Shown piece by piece: positions 38,017-52,068 of a stretch of 64,000 nt of DNA. Below the pieces are notes generated by a model. That model saw only the letters and a list, made by a program, of their open reading frames with translations, searched no databases and was not told the DNA's origin. Each line of letters begins with the position of its first letter. Positions within the stretch are counted from its first letter, which is position 1. Origin of the DNA: Camelus dromedarius (lineage: Eukaryota); contig NC_087438.1 of NCBI RefSeq assembly GCF_036321535.1, positions 3,722,001 through 3,786,000 of the forward strand, in the 5' to 3' direction. Both the position numbers and the translations under genes were made by a program.

Positions 38017-38269
38017 CCTGCATCCTGTGCCTTCACATTTTCACTCCACAACCACCGACTGTGTGAATGGGGCAAATTAGTTAATCTCTGTGCCTGATTT
38101 ATAAAATGTCACTTAGTAAGCTCCCAGTAATATTAGCTTTTATTTTTGTCATTTGTTTTTACTGGCATTGTTGCTATTCATTGTTCATTTAATGGAGTTT
38201 TCCAAGATGCTGAGCGTGAAAAAAATCTTTTGGAGATTAAAAAAAAATTTTAAAAATTAAAATTTGAGA

Positions 38270-38585
38270 TTAAGAAATACAGATTTACAGACACAAAAAA
38301 CAAACTTTTGTTTTCCAGGGAAGGCAGAGGGATAAATGGGAGTTTTGCATTTGCAGATACTGACTACTTTATATAAAATAGATAATCAATAAGATCCTAC
38401 TGTAGAGCACAGGAAACTATATTCAATACCTTGTAATAGCTTGCAACGAAAATAATATAAAAAAGAGAATATATATATATGCATATGCACATATATATAT
38501 GCATAACTGAACCACTATGCTGTACACCATAAACTAATGCAACATTGTAAACCAATTATACTCTGATAAAAATGTATATATGAAA
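38270..38585 (+). mobile_element. 5'-truncated LINE-1 3' UTR
   Basis: GGGATAAATGGGAGTTT...CCTACTGTAGAGCACAGGAAACTATATTCAATACCTTGTAATA...ATAACTGAACCACTATGCTGTACACC. Confidence 0.85.
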
Positions 38586-41139
38586 GAAATAGATGAATTT
38601 TCACTATGTACTGTTGAATATTTAAAGACACAATTAACCGCTACAAGGTCAGTTCTAAAATTTCTCATGTTCATTTGTTCTTGTAAGATGATACAATTGT
38701 TCAACACTCATGCTGAGTAAAATAATTAATAGCCTGTTGAATACAATTTCTCATTATCTAAACATAGGAGCTAAGTATGAAATACATCAACAGGTCTGGT
38801 TTATAGGTCAGGAGAGTTTGGTCTCGTGCCCAGATCCGGTCCTGACTCACTGTAAGACCTTGGGAAGACGACTGTCACCTCCATCCCCCAGGCTTTCAGA
38901 TTAAGTGGGGACAGGGAGAAAACTGATTTCTTTGAGTGTCAGCTAAACCTGGGGCTGGTTGGCTGTGAGGACCAGAAACCCACTTAAACTAGCTCAAGAA
39001 AAGGGAGGTTATTTTAATTTTATTGAATTTATCAAATCCTGGATTTCACCATCAGGAATGTTTGTCACAGTTCTTTGCAAATCAATTTGAAATCTCTCAG
39101 TCTCTGTGTGTCTTAGTTCAAATCCTCAGGAGACAATATGATTGGCAGCTGGCAGGTCAAATCTTCTGCAGCAGGAAGGGGGTCCACGTGGTAGAGCCCA
39201 GCCCCCCTGCTCAAGGCTGTGAATGGGATGTGAACTAGAAGCACAGCAAATACAGTTGATTGACAGCTCTGCTTTGGGGGCACATCACGTGCTAGTCAAG
39301 CCACTGTGCTGTCTGCTTTCTTCTTGATGATCTTGCTGGGCAGGCACGAAGAACTCGCTTTATGGATCTGCAGACTGAGTGGGATTCCGTTGCTTTCCTA
39401 GCTCTGCAGTCGGAAGGGCAGAGCTGAGATAGCTCTCCACCTGATTTCCTGCAGGTGCTATGGATGAGAGCCCATGTCCAGCACTTCTGGGGGTTACCCA
39501 TGCTGGTGTCTCCGTGAAGTGGGGGAAGATGGCGAGACCCTGTGCTGCGATAGCAGGCCGTCATGACTGCATGGCCAGGATTTCCTTCTGGGTGCCAGGG
39601 AAGCTTGCCTCCTGGCCCACAGGAGTCCTTGTCCACTGCTGGAATGCTCTGAGACAATGTCCCCTGTCTCATCCATGCCTACATTTCACTCTTGGGTCTC
39701 CCAAGGCAAATCTCCCCTGCAGACCGGAAGTGTGTCTTCAAGTGTTAACCTGGGGCAAACTAGGGCCCTGGAGTTCAAGAGCCAGAAGGGGCACAGCTGC
39801 TTCCAGGTCTTAAAGCAATCACTCCAGGGTGGCCCCAAGGCCACCCCTTTTCCCTGCTCTTTGATGCCTCAGATCATGTGGTTATCCTGGAATAGTGCTG
39901 GGAAAACACCAGTGTTTTTAATAGTCCTGCTTTTTGCTTATATTCTTTGTCAATTTCATTGCCATTGGCTCACAACTTCCAGAAATTCCTCAGTGCTCTG
40001 GACTTCCCGTGAAGTCATTCTACTTTCCATCACCAGGATGCATTTATTTTTGTTTTTTATTCCTTCTTTAGTTCCGTAGGATTTTTGTAGAAGCAGGTGT
40101 AGATTTGTGTGCTCAGCTATCTTGAAGTGAAGGCTCTGGACTTCAGTCTACATTACTGATAAAAGCCAGAAACAAAGCTTACCTCCTTGGTGCATTCTGA
40201 TTCTTCTGCTTATGTGTGGCATGATAATTTTAATCGAGTTTTTTTGTCTGTTAGTCTCGGCCTTAGGTGTTGGTGGTTTTCGTCCCTTTTTTTTCCCTCC
40301 AAAAGTGGACCATCATAGACACAGCCTCTGGGAAAAAAAGTGAATTTTTGATAGCTGTTCTTTTCATCTTTTTTTAAGCGATTTATTTCTGATTAATAAT
40401 AGTTTCAAGAAGAAAGGTAGATTCTGTTGCAGAAAAAATGGTAAGAAAACATTCTCTTTTCTTTGGAAGCTATCTATACACATTGAATGCCATGTTCCCT
40501 CAGGTAGCGTTCTCAGAGTGAGGAAAACAGTAGCTCTTTTGAATATAAAAATGTAGAGTCATCTCCTTAGACCACAGAAGGTAAGTATTTTGACAAATAG
40601 TGACTTCTGGTCAACAGCAAATTTTATGAGTTACCAGTGTGATATGACTGCTAAGAAATAAAACGTGATCTTAAACTGCAATAAACAAGGTACAATATAC
40701 TTGGAACATTTCTCTCAGTTTTGGGCACTGAACTTTTGTCTTTTTTTTTCTTTAAATCATCTTAACAAATAATTACGAGGCAAATACCCAGTAAGTGCCA
40801 CTGAATTAATAGAACTTGACATTCTCACCCGGAGCTCCTCTGTCCTAGTTACAAACTCTTCCTGCCTTGGGAAGTCATTAACTCGCTGACTGTTATGGTA
40901 ATCAGGTCCTTGCATTTCTCGACAGTTTACCACCCATATACATAACTAGATCCTGAGAACTTTTATTTGTATTTTACACTTATTTTAGTCTCAATTTTCC
41001 ACGCCATCCTTGCCAAATACACAGCCTGGGATTTGAGAATTGCGTTCTCGTGTCACAGGTCAACGTTCTCCTCTGTCTGTTGTGTTCCCTCCAAACTGGC
41101 AGCTGAATCTAGAGATTTGCTGAGACTCAGATTCCATCC

Positions 41140-41615
41140 TTGTAGCAGGCAGGCTAATGTCCTGTCCACCCCCCAAAGACATCTACAAAGATGTCCACAT
41201 CAAAATCCTTGGAATCTGTGAATATATTACCTTACATGACAGAAGAGACTTTGCAGATTTGCTTCCATCAAGGATTTTGAGATTGAGAGATGACCCCGAA
41301 TTATTCAGGTGAACCCAGCTATGATCACAAGGGTACACAGAAGAGGGAAGCAGGAGAGTCAGCCAGGGGAGGAGATGTGATGACTAAAGCAGAGGTTGGA
41401 GTGATGCGGCCACAAGCCAAGGGATGGGGGAGCTTCCAAAGTTGGAAAAGGTAAACAGATTTTCCTCTAGAGGCTCCAGAAAGGACCACAGCTCTGCTGC
41501 CACTTTGGTTTTGGACCTGTAGGACTTCTAACCTCAGAGACTGCAAGGAAACAAACTGTTGGTCAAGTCACTAAGTTTGGGACAGTTTGTTGCACAACCA
41601 CAGGAAACTAGTGCC
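41140..41615 (+). mobile_element. MaLR LTR (MLT1D-type)
   Basis: TGTAGCAGGCAG...AAAGATGTCCACATC..AATCCTTGGAATCTGTGAATATATTACCTTACATG...CCACAAGCCAAGG...CAGGAAACTA. Confidence 0.88.
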
Positions 41616-42289
41616 ATCCCTCTGGCAAGAGCGGAGGTGGCGGGTGATGAGTTCGGTCAACAGGAGACACGCGAGGTCTGGGCTCTTTTTCTGTGACATC
41701 AGCTGAGGTGCAGCCCTTTGCTCCGGTCTGCGAATCCACTGAGCCTGCAGAATGGCGTCATTCTGCTTCTGTTATTTCTTGCCCGTGTACTGGCTGGAAT
41801 AGTTCCAGAAGTGGATGTTTCTACATGGTATCGCGCTCATAGGGGAGATACATACTCACTTTCGCCATTTTGCTTACTGGGTTTTAAGACAATGAATTTA
41901 ATTTCCTTCCATGTTCTGAAGATGCTCAAGTCAGGTTTTTTTATATAAAAGATTTATGAAGTGTTCGGTGCATTACAAACATGACCCTCAATGAAGATCA
42001 AATTGTTCTGATTTTGGCCAATGCAAGACTCAGGATGGCTTCTGAATCCCTTTGACATGACCCTATCAGTCTTTGATTCAAAAGGGTTTTTTGCTTTCTA
42101 AAATCACTAGATATTCCAGACTTACCTTGTGCGTTTTTGGCCTTAGGTCTAGAATCTGTTGTTTCTCCAAGAAGTCTTGGTTTCTTTCAGTGGAAAATAC
42201 AATTTCAAAACCACAATAGAGGGTCTAAGTAGTAATAAACCTGTTTCACCTAGGACTCTGGTGTGTTTTCACCGGTGGGTCTTTTTTTT

Positions 42290-42435
42290 CACCTTTCTTT
42301 TTTTTTTTTTTTTTATTGAGTTATAGTCCGTTTACAATGCTGTGTCGATTTCTGGTGCACAGCACGGTGCTTCAGTCATACATGAACACACATATATTCA
42401 TTCTCATATTCTCTTTCACCATGAGCTGCCACAGG
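42290..42435 (-). mobile_element. Short LINE-1 3' end with poly(T) on +
   Basis: T-run followed by ATTGAGTTATAGTCCGTTTACAATGCTGTGTCGATTTCTGGTG. Confidence 0.75.
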
Positions 42436-43639
42436 TGTTTTGACTGATTATATTTATAAAATGACTTTTCTAGCTTTCTTATAAGAATGGTTTGCAATTT
42501 CTTTAATAGAAATAAAATAGAATCAAATTTTCATTTACCTAAAGAGTAATATTATATGAATTAATACTTCTGAACTAATAAAATTTAGTCAACATTTTAA
42601 TAGTATGATTTTGATATTTTATATGCACCACTGGGTGTTCTAAAGTTAGAAAAATACATCTTCTTGAACCTGGATTTACAACTGTCTTCTAACAAATATT
42701 TCTGTATTATTAACTCACCCCGACTGCTGGTGATTACTTTATTTCTCTGAAACAATTTGACGATTTAAGTCCCTGATCAGCAGTCCCAGACCCCTGTTTC
42801 TCCATCTTAGTTAAAGTCTAAATCCCTTGATCTGGGATTCAGACACCACAGGGGCCCTTGGATTTTTTAAACCAGTTTATTTCCTACCCTTAATTCTAAG
42901 ACACCTTCAGAACATCTCAGCATCCTTACCAGCTGTCCCCAGACACTGGTTTTGGTGCCCGACAGATGGGCCTTTAAAACGACATCTGGGTAAAATGGGA
43001 CGGTTTTTAATCCATGTGAGCCTCATTTTCCATCCGAGGATAACACCCCTACTGCTGAAGGAAGGGTTGGTTGAGGACAGGATGGTGAGGCGTGTGTCAG
43101 GCATGGTGCTCGGTGCAGAGGGAGTCCTGGGTCACATTAGTTTCACTGCACTGACTATTCTCACCCGCTTAGAAGCTTCCCCACGTTTCCTGCGTTCATC
43201 CAAATTTTACCCATTTTTCGAGTCCAGGCAGGCTCCACCATCTCGTAACAGATCCTGCTCCCTTCAGTCCAGAAAGATCTGTCGTGTTGGTGACATGGGA
43301 TGTCCTAGTCTTTGTGCCAGAATGCAGCTGAGTGAAGATTTAACACTCGCATTTGAAGTGATGCTCTTCTCTGCAGTGTCCTTTCCCTGCTCATGTTGTA
43401 ATTTTCTAAGATGAGAAGGAAGGATTTGCATTTGCCGAGGGAGTGCTGGCCATGGGGCTGGCAGTGTGCCGAGGGCTCTGCACACGTGTGAGTGTAGTGC
43501 AGTGAGGTGAGGCAGAGGATTATCATGGACACACACACGTACACACAAGCACATGCACACATGCACATATATCCTCATTCCCAGCGCTCCTGACTCTGCA
43601 GAGAGAACCTTGTGAAATAATAGTGATGTGGGGATGCTA

Positions 43640-44130
43640 ATTTAGCTGGCTGGGGAGGCATCTCAGAGGAGACCAGTGCTGAGGAAGCTGCAGCCACAGG
43701 CAGCACTGAGATGGGGAGCCTGCCAAGCAGAAGGGACAGAGCATGCAAAGGCCCTGAGGTTGGAAGGACCTTGAAGTTCAGTAGGTGTGAACAGAACTGA
43801 CAGGCACTTCCTGAGGGGCATGGAGACAGATGGAAGGTGTGTGGACGTGAATTTGATTCTGAATGGGATGGGAGGGCCGTGGAGGGCAGGAGGACACACT
43901 GCCCAATGCTTGCTCTGGAAGACCCCTCGGGTGCTGTGTGGGATGAGCTGAAGGAGCAAGGGGGCAGCTGGTGGTAACTCCGGGGGTGGTTACAATGTCG
44001 GGGATGCTAAGTGAAAGGATACATGGAAGGTAGGTGGGTGTGAGAGCATGCGACCACCAGGATGAGCTTTGGAATTTTGTCTGCAGCAGGTGGGTGAACG
44101 ATGCTGTTTACCAGTGGAAACCATTGTCTC
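43640..44130 (-). mobile_element. LINE-2 remnant
   Basis: GAGCATGCAAAGGCCCTGAGGTTGGA...TTTGATTCTGAATGGGATGGGAGGGCC, L2 antisense hallmarks. Confidence 0.72.
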
Positions 44131-47100
44131 CCATGTTTGTCAGTTAAATTCTACAGAAGCCATTTGAAAGCAGTATGAGGCAGGTGGGTGACGTGGCAGG
44201 TTTTACCTGGTAACAATGCTGTCGTGGGTAGGGGAGGAGGCTGAGGGCACTGCTCCCACACCTCAAGTTCCGGGGGGCGGAGGGGCTGGCTGTACAGGCT
44301 AACTGGGGAAGGGAAGAGGACTTGGCTCGCAGTGCTAACACTTTCCCGTCCTGCCCTTTGCCTGCCGGCTGGATGGGAGTGTGTAGCCATACGATCTGTG
44401 TGCCCTTTGACCCACTAGCTTCCCTGGGACAACAGCCTAGCTCACATCTTATCGTCTAGATGTCCCTTTGTCCCTTCTGTGCCCTGTATAAGGCACACTA
44501 ATTTGACATAGGACTTCATTTCCCGAGCTCTCTCCTTGTTCCTGAGCAAGGTCCACCACTCACCTGGGAACAGGTTGGATGGGAGGTGGGCGAGAAAGAG
44601 GGATGACAGATGAGGAAACACAGAGGTGTGAGAGGCTATCTGTTCTCCAAGGCTCTTCCTTGGGAGGGGCTGGAGCTCTGGGTGGGATTCAGGCCTACGG
44701 GGAGTCTGCAGAGATATGGGGCAGACCACTGACCAGGAGCCTGCAGTCTCCCAGTGGCTGCTCATCGCCACCACTGGAAAAGCCACCGGCCACCTACCCA
44801 GGCTCCACACACAGGTCCAGCCTTCCCTCCATCTCAGCCCATTTTTTCCAGGTGAGTTTCATAGTCAGCTTCTTTGCAGACAAAAAAGAGATTTGAAACT
44901 CCAAGAAAAACTGGGACTTGGGGTCTGGGGACAATCAATTCCATCTTCCCACTGCACGCAGGCCCGCTTGCCCTGTTAGGACAGAGGGAGGCACGTGGGC
45001 CACTTGCGTTTGCAGACAGTGGTTCCAGGCTGTCTTATTTCCCGGCTTTCAAGTGGGCAATGAGCATGGATGTCTGAGGCTGCAGTGGGGCCTCACTGGG
45101 GAGCTGGACCTCCTAATTGTGCGCAATTTGCTTAAAGTGTGTTTGCACAGACTTTGAGGATTGTAACTACTTATATAATTTACATCTTATTTCAGGAATG
45201 CTATAGCCAATTAAACTGTCTTCAGCATCAGATTCCTGCAGGAAGACATTAGCAGTGACATTTTCACTTGTGCTCCACAAGTTACTGTGAAAATAATTAG
45301 GGCGCTGAAGTGTTTGCTAACAATGTACTAGGTGGGAGAACGGCTGCTATTTCAAGGAATCTCTGCGCTGGTGAAGTTACTTTTTCCTTCAAGTGTAAAG
45401 GATAAATTTTCTCTCGTTGTTTTAAGCTATTAATTCTACGAAGAATAATCGAGATGAAATAAAGGAATTTGGTTGATTAAAAAAATTCCTACTCTCCAAA
45501 TCCTTCTCTAGTCTAGGGGCTAGAGCAGCAGCGTCTTTTCTCAGAGGTCCCGTCTCTGCTCCGTCTTTCAGACCCAAGGAGGGGAATGAGTCCATATGAC
45601 CCAGGAGCCCACGTGACTCACAGCAGTGGCTCCCGTGGCCATGTGTCTGGTGGTCCTTGAAACGTGCGTTCTTTATAAGGTGACTTGTTCCCTAAAGGAA
45701 GAGGTGCTGTTAGCTTGTCTGAAGACATTCTGAAGAGGAAGAGTGTAGACTCTGGCACCTATAGGAAGCTTTGTGGCTGCGATCTATAAGAGAATTTCCC
45801 ATCACTGGCTAACCCTGAACTGAATGAGAAGCGAAAACACACTTCATCCGTGGTTCCCTGACCTCATCACACTGGTCCACTGAGTCCGCAGAGGCCCTGC
45901 CTAGCGTCACCCTTTCTGTTTGCTCAGTGTGTTAAAGAAGCGTGCAGGCTTTCTCTGCATACGTTCTGCAACCTTGAACGATAAACGGTGATAACCTATG
46001 ACAACCTCGAAACTTAAATGGCACCGGCATTCACGTGTGGTCTTGGACGCACACTCTCTCTGTGGGTGTGGTGCTGTATTACTGCTCACGTTCAGAGAAA
46101 CCTCCTTCCCCCAGGAATCACACACAGTCTTCTGGAATTGCCCTTTTCTTCCCACAACTGCCCGTCTCACTAAGAGTGCTGCTGCAGGAGGAATATTTGG
46201 CTTGGCACCTTGTGAGTGGACAGAGGACAGGGTTTTCTCAAAGTTTATAATTGTAAGGCCTGTCTGCTCTTGTGGACACAGGAGAAAAAAAAAAAAAGCA
46301 AGGAAAGGACTTTTGTGAGTGTGGTGCCCTGAGGGCTCAGATTCCATCTGACCCCACTTAACCTCATCACCTGCCCCTCACACGGGGTGATCCATGGGCT
46401 GAGACCTTCCACCAAGGCTGTCCTTTGAAGTGTGGGGAGACCAGACAACCTTTCCTACGCTCATCAGCACCAGAGGCGTGGACGGGTCCCTGGGCATGTG
46501 AGTCATGCCACGTTTTCTTCCCACTGCAGGTGTTCATGGCATCTGGGGCTATGATGTGACCAGGGGTCTAGCCGAGCTTGCGTATCTCTGAGTCCAGGTG
46601 TAAGGGGGGTGGTAGCACTGCAGAGTGGTACCAATAGGGCAAATGTGTATTTGCCTTTAGCCTGGAGGATGACAAGACATTCCACCTGCAGTCCTCGTTG
46701 GAAACAAACCGGAGCTCATTTCTAGGCCCAGTGGCCTCATGAAGGACTCAAGCCCTCACACCCCTGGAGCACCATCAGTCAGGTCTCAGCTGCCCCAGGA
46801 CGCCCGCGGGCATCCCTGACTGCATGCAGCATCCAAGGCAGTAACTGGTGACTTGGGGCAAGATCTCCTCTCTGTCTTCCTACACATGCTGATGTGGATC
46901 CACTGGGTCCCTCCTGAGAGCTTCCATCAGCTGAGCTGCAGCAGGTGCAGAAAAGAGCTCCTGCTCCCTGGGCTTCCCAGGTGGCAGCCCCCTGAGGACC
47001 TCCAAGGGACAGAGGGCCGCGCAGGCCCAGAGGGCATAGGGAATCTACATCTCCTCTTATTACCACACCTTTTGGACACTTCAGGGCTCCTCCCAGAGAA

Positions 47101-48314
47101 TCTGAACATTGACATGAGGTTCTGGGTGAGAGTGAATCTCGGTCCATGCCCAGCCCGTATTCCATTCCCATCGTGAAGAAGACTTTCCGTGTCTTTTCTA
47201 AGGAACAGCAGCGGCTGTATGACGGCCCCTGTGAGAGCGCCAGTCTCTGGTTCACTTGGTTAGCTGAATGGCATTTGGACACCACATATATCGTAGCAGA
47301 CTCCAAAGGGCCTCGGAGGTAGAAGGTGTTGTATTTATCTGTATTGGAAGTTAAGTGAGCCTGGGAGTAAGCTTTCACAGTCCTTCGGTCTCTCCTTGAG
47401 AGCAGTGTATCAGCAGGGGCTGACTGGCTGTGGAGCTGGAGCAGGTTTGGAAGGAGCAGCGCTCCCACTGGACTGAGAACCTTCCTCTTGACCAACACAA
47501 GCTCGCATGAGGAGGTGGACCTGCAGAAAATGTGCCCTGACTGTGAGAGGGTGACACCACCCTGGGTATATTGAGAACATGTTTATGGACAGAAATAAAT
47601 GAAGGCGATGTCTACGGTGGAGAAAAGAAGACACACCAACAGGTTTTATGACCAAGGAAAAAGAAGGGACAGGCGTTCAGAGTTATGGAGACCCCCTGAT
47701 TGCTAAGAGTTGGCAGGGCGTCTTTGGTCAGTTGTGTCATTTAGTCCTCCCAGTGGCACCAGGAGGCAGATGGGGGAAGCTCCACACCCGAGGCTCAGGA
47801 GAGTCTGGTGAGGTGCCCAAGTTCATGCAGGCAGTGACTAGAGGGGCTCCTGCAACTCCGGACTAGGTCACTCATTTACCTGTTCCAGAAGCCACATCCC
47901 AGGGGCTGCAGCCCAGTGCCCCTGCCCCCGGGCTGGCAGGACCGCAGGGGCAGCCGTGTTTCATGCACAGGAATTAGGGGGACTCCCTTGCCTTTGAATC
48001 AGGGGTCTCAACCCTGACAGTCTATCTCCTGGGAGTTGGACAGCCGTCTGGATTCATGGGCAGACATGCCTGGGGTCCCTCCCTTTCTGCTGGCCAGGCC
48101 AGGGTGTCTTGTGTGGGAACCTTGAGAGCTGAGACTCTCCATTCAGGTCCTTTCAGTGCACGTGAGTGGACATCCAGAGCATTTGTGGAGCGCCTTGGGT
48201 GTGCAGTGTGCTGCATCAGGCTTGAAGACTTTCTCGCCACCACTCTGCCCTTCCACCTTGTCAGGTGGCAGTCCTGCCGTCAGTATTGCCATCAAGAAAG
48301 AGGGTAACACCAGC

Positions 48315-48640
48315 ACAGCTGGCCCTCTGTATCCGTGGGTTCTGCTTCCCCAGATTCTGCATCCATGGAGTCAATCAACGTTGGACTGAAAATATATGAA
48401 ACAATTCCAGGAAGTTCCAGAAGTCAAAACTTCAGTTTGCTGCGTGCTGGCAACTATTTACATAGCATTTCCATTGCATTAGGCATTATAAGTAATCTAG
48501 AGATGACTTAATGTAGGCAGGAAGGTGTGTGGAGGTTACATGCAAATACCACACTGTTTTACATAAGGGATGTGAGCATCCGTGGGCGCCCGTGCTGGTC
48601 CTGGAACCGGGACTCTGACGATGCTGAGGGATGCCTGTGC
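48315..48640. mobile_element. MER2 (Tigger-type Tc1/mariner) non-autonomous DNA transposon
   Basis: Starts CAGCTGGCCCTCTGTATCCGTGGGTTCTGC, contains ATTAGGCATTATAAGTAATCTAGAGATGA, and ends GAGGGATGCCTG (inverted terminus). Confidence 0.85.
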
Positions 48641-49679
48641 CTAATATTCAGATAGTTTGCAGTTTACCAGATGCTTTCCTGACTGCTCTCTTTGATATAA
48701 AACCTTCCTTACATTCTGACCCAAAATCATCCTTCAGGATGATTGGTGACTTGGGTCTAAAAAATGATCTATAGGTAAAAACTAGACAGGGTTTTAGGGT
48801 TGGGAGCAGAACTCTTTAAAAATGTGAAGGTTTTTGATTGCTTGTGATCAATAAATGGAATTTATAGGGCTGAGTTTTGGAAAACAGTATTTACCAAATC
48901 ACCATCTTTGCTTTGGGAAATTGGGCTTTCTCTTTTCCTTCATATCAAAACGCACAGAAAGGACAGGCCTTGAAAGGACAATGAACCAGCAGACGAAGCA
49001 CATAAAGCAGAAAGGAGATTTTGCAGCAAAGGCTATTTTGGGAATTTTGTTGTTTTCCTTTGTGAGGGTAATTTATCATTTCTTCCTCTCTCTCTTTTTG
49101 TGCACAGCGTTTTGTTAAATGGCATTTTGGTAAATTGCCGGCTTCAAATGTGATTAGGAAGTGATTGTTCTGAATTATAAGCAGCCAAACACCTTTGTTT
49201 TGCAAGAGACACATGAATGATGAAGAACCAGTTATTGTTGATCAGTAATTATGGCCAACATCAATTTGCAGTCCTGCCTTGGCTCTGGGAGAATGTCCAC
49301 CATGGAAGAGCATGTCCTGTGTGTCTGCATGCACTCCCACATTCTACCTACCCCCTCCATCTCTGTAAATACTCCAGAGCCGAGGAAGCAGAGATCAGAG
49401 ATGCAGGCCGATGGAAGACTTTCCTGTCTCCTTGAGAGGAGCCAGACTCTTGACTGTGCTGCCCAGAGCTCTCTCCGAGGCTATTAGGACATGCACAGAT
49501 CCCAGGTTCTGTGAGTCCCACCTAGAGGGCTTCTGTCTGAGCACTCTCCCAGGTCAAGGAGCTACACAGTTTGGCCACACTGGGAAGACTGTGCAATCAA
49601 TTGCTTCTGTTATCTTCTCCTCAAATGGAAATAAGGCTGCCACTGGTTGTCCAGAGATGCCCGTGTGTGAATGAGAAAA

Positions 49680-50117
49680 ACAATTTCTAGCACCAGGCAC
49701 ACAGCCTGTGCATGTACAGACTGCAGACCTAAATGAGCCTGGTGGATGCTGTGATGCGTGCTCAGATACCCAGAGCCCCTTCTGGAATGAGGGACCTCCC
49801 ATCTCAGGTGCTGAGTATGTTGCTGGGAGACAGCCCCCAGGCTGCCTCACCAGAGAGAACTGCCTCGCCCAAGAACACACCCATTCTTGTGGTGACCTGT
49901 ATTCAAGGGCTACAGGATGTCCCAAGTTCGGAAGGCCATTCCCAGCTGCAGGGTTCCCCACAGGTGGGTGGGGCCTTCCACAGAGACTGCATCACATCCT
50001 AGTTTCTCCTTCAGCCTGTTTCTTCCCACAGGTCATGGCTGTAGGAACGGTCACTAATAATCCACTTGTGTGCTGATCTCCATCCAGAGCCACTTCTGGC
50101 AAACCCAGCCTGCAACA
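49680..50117 (+). mobile_element. Old MaLR/ERVL LTR remnant
   Basis: Ends CTCCATCCAGAGCCACTTCTGGCAAACCCAGCCTGCAACA, a typical old LTR 3' end. Confidence 0.5.
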
Positions 50118-51377
50118 ATGGTTGGTTCTCATCTGTTATCCAAACGCAGCTTCGTGATATTTGCAAAGAGCTAGTTTGATCGTGTCATCCCTTACTTGGC
50201 ATCTTTCACTGGTTGATCTTTGTTCCTAGGAATGAACAACCCCCTCCTTCAGGTGGCTGTTAAGTAGTTTGATCAAATACGCCATCCAAACTGGGACAGT
50301 TTGGGAAGCACAAGAGAGAACAAAAAATAATTAACCTACATGATTTCAAAATGTTTATTAGCTGAATGACAGCTGATTTTATTACATGGATGAACCTCTA
50401 AAACAAGTCTATTAAACAACTATTAAAATTGGTCTAAATATTAATATAGCAGGCTCACCAAGGGGAAATTTAACCTTCATATTGATGATCAGAACATTAC
50501 AATAACATTGGCAGGATAATTATTTTGGCACATATTCACAACTTCTGTCAGTCATCTAGTATGTTTGTCTTTAATATTAGGTGACTGACATTATTGTGTA
50601 CAATTTTTTAAAACATGGCCTTATTTTTTTGTAATATTTAAAAAATGAGCTGCACTATTACAGAGCTGCATTTTATGGTTAGTGAATGTGAGGTCACTGA
50701 TGTCTTTAGCTGGCTCTTCTCTGAAGCCATCGCGTTTTTAACTGAGAAACTATTCTTCCTGGGGATGCTGGTACACCTAGTAAGCTCAGAGCAAGTTCCT
50801 CAACAAAGGGGAGAATTCTCAATTCTAATTTTAAATACATAAATGTTTCAGGTCAAATACCTTCAAAATTTCTGACTTTCTTCCTCCATTCAGAGTACTA
50901 TTCTTTAATAAATATTTTAAATGACAAAATTTGTTAAATTGTCCTTATTTATGAATCTTTTAAATAGTTCACCAAATTTTGATATTGAAAATCATAGGTT
51001 TCCATTTCATCCCATTCTGGTGCTAAATATACATTTATGAAATTAAAAGTTCCATCAAAAATCCTTCACAAAACCTGAGACATAAAACATCAAAATTATA
51101 TTTTGAGCACCATATGAACTCTCATCTTTTAATCGGTTTAGTTGCTTAATTCCTCTTTATGATGAAATTTCATTGTCTTTTTTTTCTAAACTAGCTTTGT
51201 TTTAGATAATTTAAATTTGCTAAAAGTTTTAAAAACTGGGATTTTCTTGCCTTACACCATTAAATACTCTCAGACATGGGAATTTTCAATTTTGTTCAGA
51301 GAACTTCAAAACATTCAGTCTTTTTGCAGGACACTGGTGATTTACAAACACAGTGCTTCAAAGGAACCAGTCTCTTT

Positions 51378-51598
51378 TTTGAAAACTTTTTGTTGATGCG
51401 TGTCATATTTAAAGTACGTAAATTTTAATGTGTGCAGCTTAATCTTGATAATTTTAAAAAATAATTAATGTACCTGTATAAACACCACCCAGATAAAGAT
51501 TCAGAGTATTTCCACTCCCCACGCCCACTTCCCACGTCCCATGCCTCTCCCCGTCAACATTCCCGCAGTGGCGTCCCTTATTTGATCTCTGATCCCAC
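51378..51598 (-). mobile_element. Old LINE-1 3' end nested in the hAT fossil
   Basis: AAAGTACGTAAATTTTAATGTGTGCAGCTT...CACCACCCAGATAAAGATTCAGAGTATTTCC, an L1M 3' antisense pattern. Confidence 0.7.
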
Positions 51599-52066
51599 AT
51601 GGTGGGCAGAAGAGTGGCTCCCAATGATGTCCACATCATAATCCCTGGAGTCTGTAAAAATGTGTGCTACATGGCAAAGGGGGATTAAGACTGCAGATGG
51701 AATTGAGGTTGCTAATCAGCTGACCTTGCCACAGGGAGATTCCCTGGACTCTCCCGTAGGCCCCAGTGCATCACAAAGGTCCTTAGTTGTGATGACTGAG
51801 GCAGAAGGTCAGAGTTAGCAGTGCCATGTGAGAAAGCTTTGAAGACAGACAAGGAAGGGGCTGGAAGCCAGGAAGTGCAGGCAGTGTCTGAGACCTAGAA
51901 GAAAATGGATTCTCCCCTAGAGCCTGCAGGAAGGATTGCAGCTCTCACAACAACTTGACTTTTATCCAAGGGAGACCCATTAGATCCCTGATCTCTAAGA
52001 TTTGTGTTATGTTAAGTCACCAAATTTGCAATAATTTATTGCAGCAACAATAGAAAACGGATATAC
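51599..52066 (+). mobile_element. MaLR LTR (MLT1D/E-type), nested
   Basis: TGGTGGGCAGA...GATGTCCACATCATAATCCCTGGA...GGATTCTCCCCTAGAGCCTGCAG...GCAGCAACAATAGAAAAC. Confidence 0.88.
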
Positions 52067-52068
52067 CC

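Noticed and set aside
42827..43414. 195-aa plus-strand ORF
   Set aside because: Non-ATG start, overlaps MIR/L2-like remnants, no domain signature.
46779..47498. Longest ORF in the window (239 aa, minus strand)
   Set aside because: Non-ATG start, no recognisable domain, no convincing splice context, and an amino-acid composition typical of chance ORFs. A blastp would settle it.
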